Shown here piece after piece: positions 5,394 to 6,773 of a stretch of 6,773 nucleotides of DNA. The stretch lies in contig JAVHQE010000159.1 of the NCBI GenBank assembly GCA_036170975.1, positions 1-6,773 of the forward strand, in the 5' to 3' direction. The notes beneath the pieces are model-generated. The model was not told the origin of the DNA. It saw only the letters and a program-made list of their open reading frames with translations, and searched no databases. Each line of letters starts with the position of its first letter. The stretch's first letter is position 1. This stretch comes from Minisyncoccota bacterium (GTDB taxonomy: Bacteria; Patescibacteriota; Minisyncoccia; Phycocordibacterales; UBA1550). The position numbers and the translations under genes were made by a program.

Positions 5394-5876
5394 ATTTACT
5401 TCATTTTTTTGAGACTTTTTGAGTATTTTCCAAAAAATTACAAGCATAGAACTTATTGAATACTAATTGCGCCCCCATTGCCTCTCTATAAATTCCCATA
5501 TCACTTCTATTTGATCTATTGATTGGTTATCTTTATTTATACTAATAGTATCACTACTTTTATTTTTACTGCCATCAAAATTTCTATTAAATCTCCATTA
5601 AAAAGTCGACAATTTCACTGAAATATTTGACTTTTTAACGATTATTTGAACCAAAACTCGCTGTTGTGACAAGGACGCGCTGTAGCGCACTTTTTGTGGG
5701 AATTTTTTGTTGAAACTGGTGTTGCCTGTCAAATAGACAATCATCAAATATAAGTGCGATTTTATTTGGTATTCACTAAATAAAATAAGCAACAGAACGC
5801 CTTTTCTTTACTCGACTTCAAGCACTAAAGGGTTCATTATTGAAACTGTGAAATTATTTAGTAAAGGAAATCAAAA
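5394..5876. promoter_or_regulatory. AT-rich divergent intergenic region between the polymerase-like gene and the recombinase gene, with short direct repeats and a palindrome (candidate promoters, operators or origin)
   Basis: TTGAAACTG occurs at 5710-5718 and 5840-5848 (130 bp apart). TATCACT occurs at 5499-5505 and 5549-5555 (50 bp apart). CTATTTGAT/CTATTGAT is tandem at 5507-5523. TATTTGA occurs at 5508-5514, 5624-5630 and 5643-5649. The palindrome ATTTCA-c-TGAAAT lies at 5612-5624 and CTTTTTGAG x2 at 5410-5428. Confidence 0.45.
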
Positions 5877-6446
5877 ATGTCGCAAGCAAAAACACTAACG
5901 CAAGCAGAAATTGATCAAGTGCTCGCATACCTTTCAACTCGCCGCTTTGCGCTGCGCAATCGCGTTATGCTGCTGACGAGTTTTTGGAGCGGGATGCGTG
6001 TGGGTGAGATTGCCAGTTTGAAGGTTGGCGATGTGGCAAACACGGATGGCACGGTGAAAGCAGAAGTGCGTTTGGCAGCAGAGCAAACAAAGGGGCGCCA
6101 GCCACGCACAGTTTTTTTACCTGAAAAGTTGCGTGTTGAACTGCAACGCTATTTGGATTTGCGGCGCGCCTACACGGAGCCGACGCATCCCTTGTTTGTG
6201 ACTGCTGGTGCTAAGGCGTTCAGTGCGAATGTGCTGGCACAGCACTTCTTTTGGCTGTATCGCAAGGCTGGCATTGCTGGCGCCTCAAGTCACAGTGGTC
6301 GCCGTTCGTTCATCACCAATCTGGCGGCAAAAGGGATTTCAGTGCGCGTGCTGGCGAGTTTGGCTGGGCACCGCAGCATTGCCGTCACTCAAAAGTATAT
6401 TGATGTGAATGATGATATGAAGAGGAATGCGGTGGAGTTGGTGTGA
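5877..6446 (+). CDS. Short tyrosine site-specific recombinase (189 aa) consisting of the catalytic domain only, without an N-terminal core-binding domain
   Basis: The full catalytic set is present in order: R41 (GMRVGE), K72 (TKG), H139-x-x-R142 (HSGRR), H165 (AGHRS) and Y174 (QKYI, TAT at 6396-6398). The SD is AAGGAAA, with AGGA 8 nt upstream of the ATG. Only about 25 aa precede the first conserved helix, a size class like FimB/FimE. Confidence 0.9.
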   Translation: MSQAKTLTQAEIDQVLAYLSTRRFALRNRVMLLTSFWSGMRVGEIASLKVGDVANTDGTVKAEVRLAAEQTKGRQPRTVFLPEKLRVELQRYLDLRRAYTEPTHPLFVTAGAKAFSANVLAQHFFWLYRKAGIAGASSHSGRRSFITNLAAKGISVRVLASLAGHRSIAVTQKYIDVNDDMKRNAVELV

Positions 6447-6487
6447 CGGCGACCTACGGTATGCGCCAGCAATTCCCGCCCCACACC

Positions 6488-6718
6488 TCAGAGGCGAGGG
6501 AACAGTGGGCAGTTGGCGCAATGTCGATCCGTCCCGTCGATCGTGTTTGATGCGCATTTTTCGAGCATCGACTCGTATGCTTGCCCGTATAGTTCCATAA
6601 ACTTGGATGAGTGTTTGCGCAGGTAGGTGGCGATTTGAACTTGAAGGCAATGCTCGGACATTTTTGCGCCGTCGCGTGTGTAGCGATCCCATACAAATTC
6701 CTCGCCGCACATCCCCAT
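6488..6718 (-). CDS. Hypothetical small protein (74-76 aa, 6 Cys in the 76-aa frame), convergent with the recombinase gene
   Basis: An in-frame TGA lies immediately upstream. GAGG lies 7 nt before the second ATG (6712), so 6712 is the more likely start. Codon choice (CGC, GAC, GGC, ATC, GCC, ACC, CTG) matches the higher-GC genes of the window. No function is recognisable. Confidence 0.5.
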   Translation of the reverse strand: MGMCGEEFVWDRYTRDGAKMSEHCLQVQIATYLRKHSSKFMELYGQAYESMLEKCASNTIDGTDRHCANCPLFPRL

Positions 6719-6773
6719 ACCTCACAAGTTCAACACTTCCCGCACGTAAGTACCTTGATTTCATTGGAAACGG

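Larger units (their letters stand above)
56..6773. mobile_element. Integrated genomic island (partial; it continues past the right end of the window), bounded on the left by the tRNA 3' fragment
   Basis: A truncated tRNA 3' end faces the region. The gene content is typical of mobile DNA (R-M pair, polymerase-like gene, tyrosine recombinase). GC content is mosaic. The second att copy and the intact tRNA are not in the window, so the assignment is inferential. Confidence 0.55.

Noticed and set aside
3952-5481. 9-bp inverted repeat GCAATGGGG (3952-3960) / CCCCATTGC (5473-5481), considered as possible inversion sites for the short recombinase
   Set aside because: Dozens of 9-bp inverted matches are expected by chance in 6.8 kb. 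One copy lies inside the polymerase coding sequence, so inversion would destroy the gene.
5677-5697. GCGCT-GT-AGCGC followed by ACTTTTTG, considered as a Rho-independent terminator
   Set aside because: The stem is only 4-5 bp with a 2-4-nt loop and a short T-run. No upstream plus-strand gene would need terminating there.
5598-5792. 64-aa minus-strand ORF in the AT-rich intergenic region
   Set aside because: It is a low-complexity Ile/Leu/Lys/Ser product of AT-rich DNA with no RBS. It would sit across the repeats and the GC-rich palindrome and is more plausibly non-coding regulatory DNA.
6339-6764. 141-aa minus-strand ORF overlapping the 3' end of the recombinase gene and the 76-aa ORF
   Set aside because: It is very Arg-rich with low complexity and lies antisense to a well-supported CDS. 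Its codon pattern looks like a shadow frame of GC-richer DNA. The co-located 76-aa frame has better codon usage and an SD.
1-6773. CRISPR arrays, rRNA genes, IS or transposase genes, and toxin-antitoxin pairs
   Set aside because: No regularly spaced repeats, rRNA-like sequence, DDE or transposase motifs, or typical small two-gene TA arrangement were found on reading both strands.

Overview
The window appears to be one end of an integrated genomic island, read without homology searches. At the left edge (11-55, minus) is a 45-nt 3' fragment of a tRNA gene running from the anticodon loop to CCA (Lys-CTT if read canonically). It has no 5' half, which is the usual signature of an att repeat, so the island should lie to its right. 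The island interior has mosaic composition. (i) A small, poorly supported ORF region lies at 270-666. (ii) A strongly AT-rich cassette (~690-2873) carries a convergent, 3'-overlapping Type II restriction-modification pair: a putative endonuclease with a MutH-like D-x6-E-x-K core plus an inserted 4-Cys zinc ribbon, and a beta-class DPPY...FAGSG methyltransferase. (iii) A minus-strand three-gene module of about 50-55% GC (5393->2874) comprises a ~565-aa protein, a 148-aa protein and a 90-aa protein with an H-x-G-G-D-W-G-D motif. The ~565-aa protein carries the ordered motifs of a family-A (Pol I/T7-like) polymerase palm and fingers but has no exonuclease domain and no steric-gate Glu. (iv) A ~480-bp AT-rich divergent control region contains short repeats. 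(v) A 189-aa tyrosine recombinase consists of the catalytic domain only (FimB/FimE size class). (vi) A convergent small Cys-containing ORF lies at the right end. The orphan polymerase-like module next to the R-M cassette is the most likely candidate for an undescribed system. No rRNA, CRISPR array or transposase was seen.
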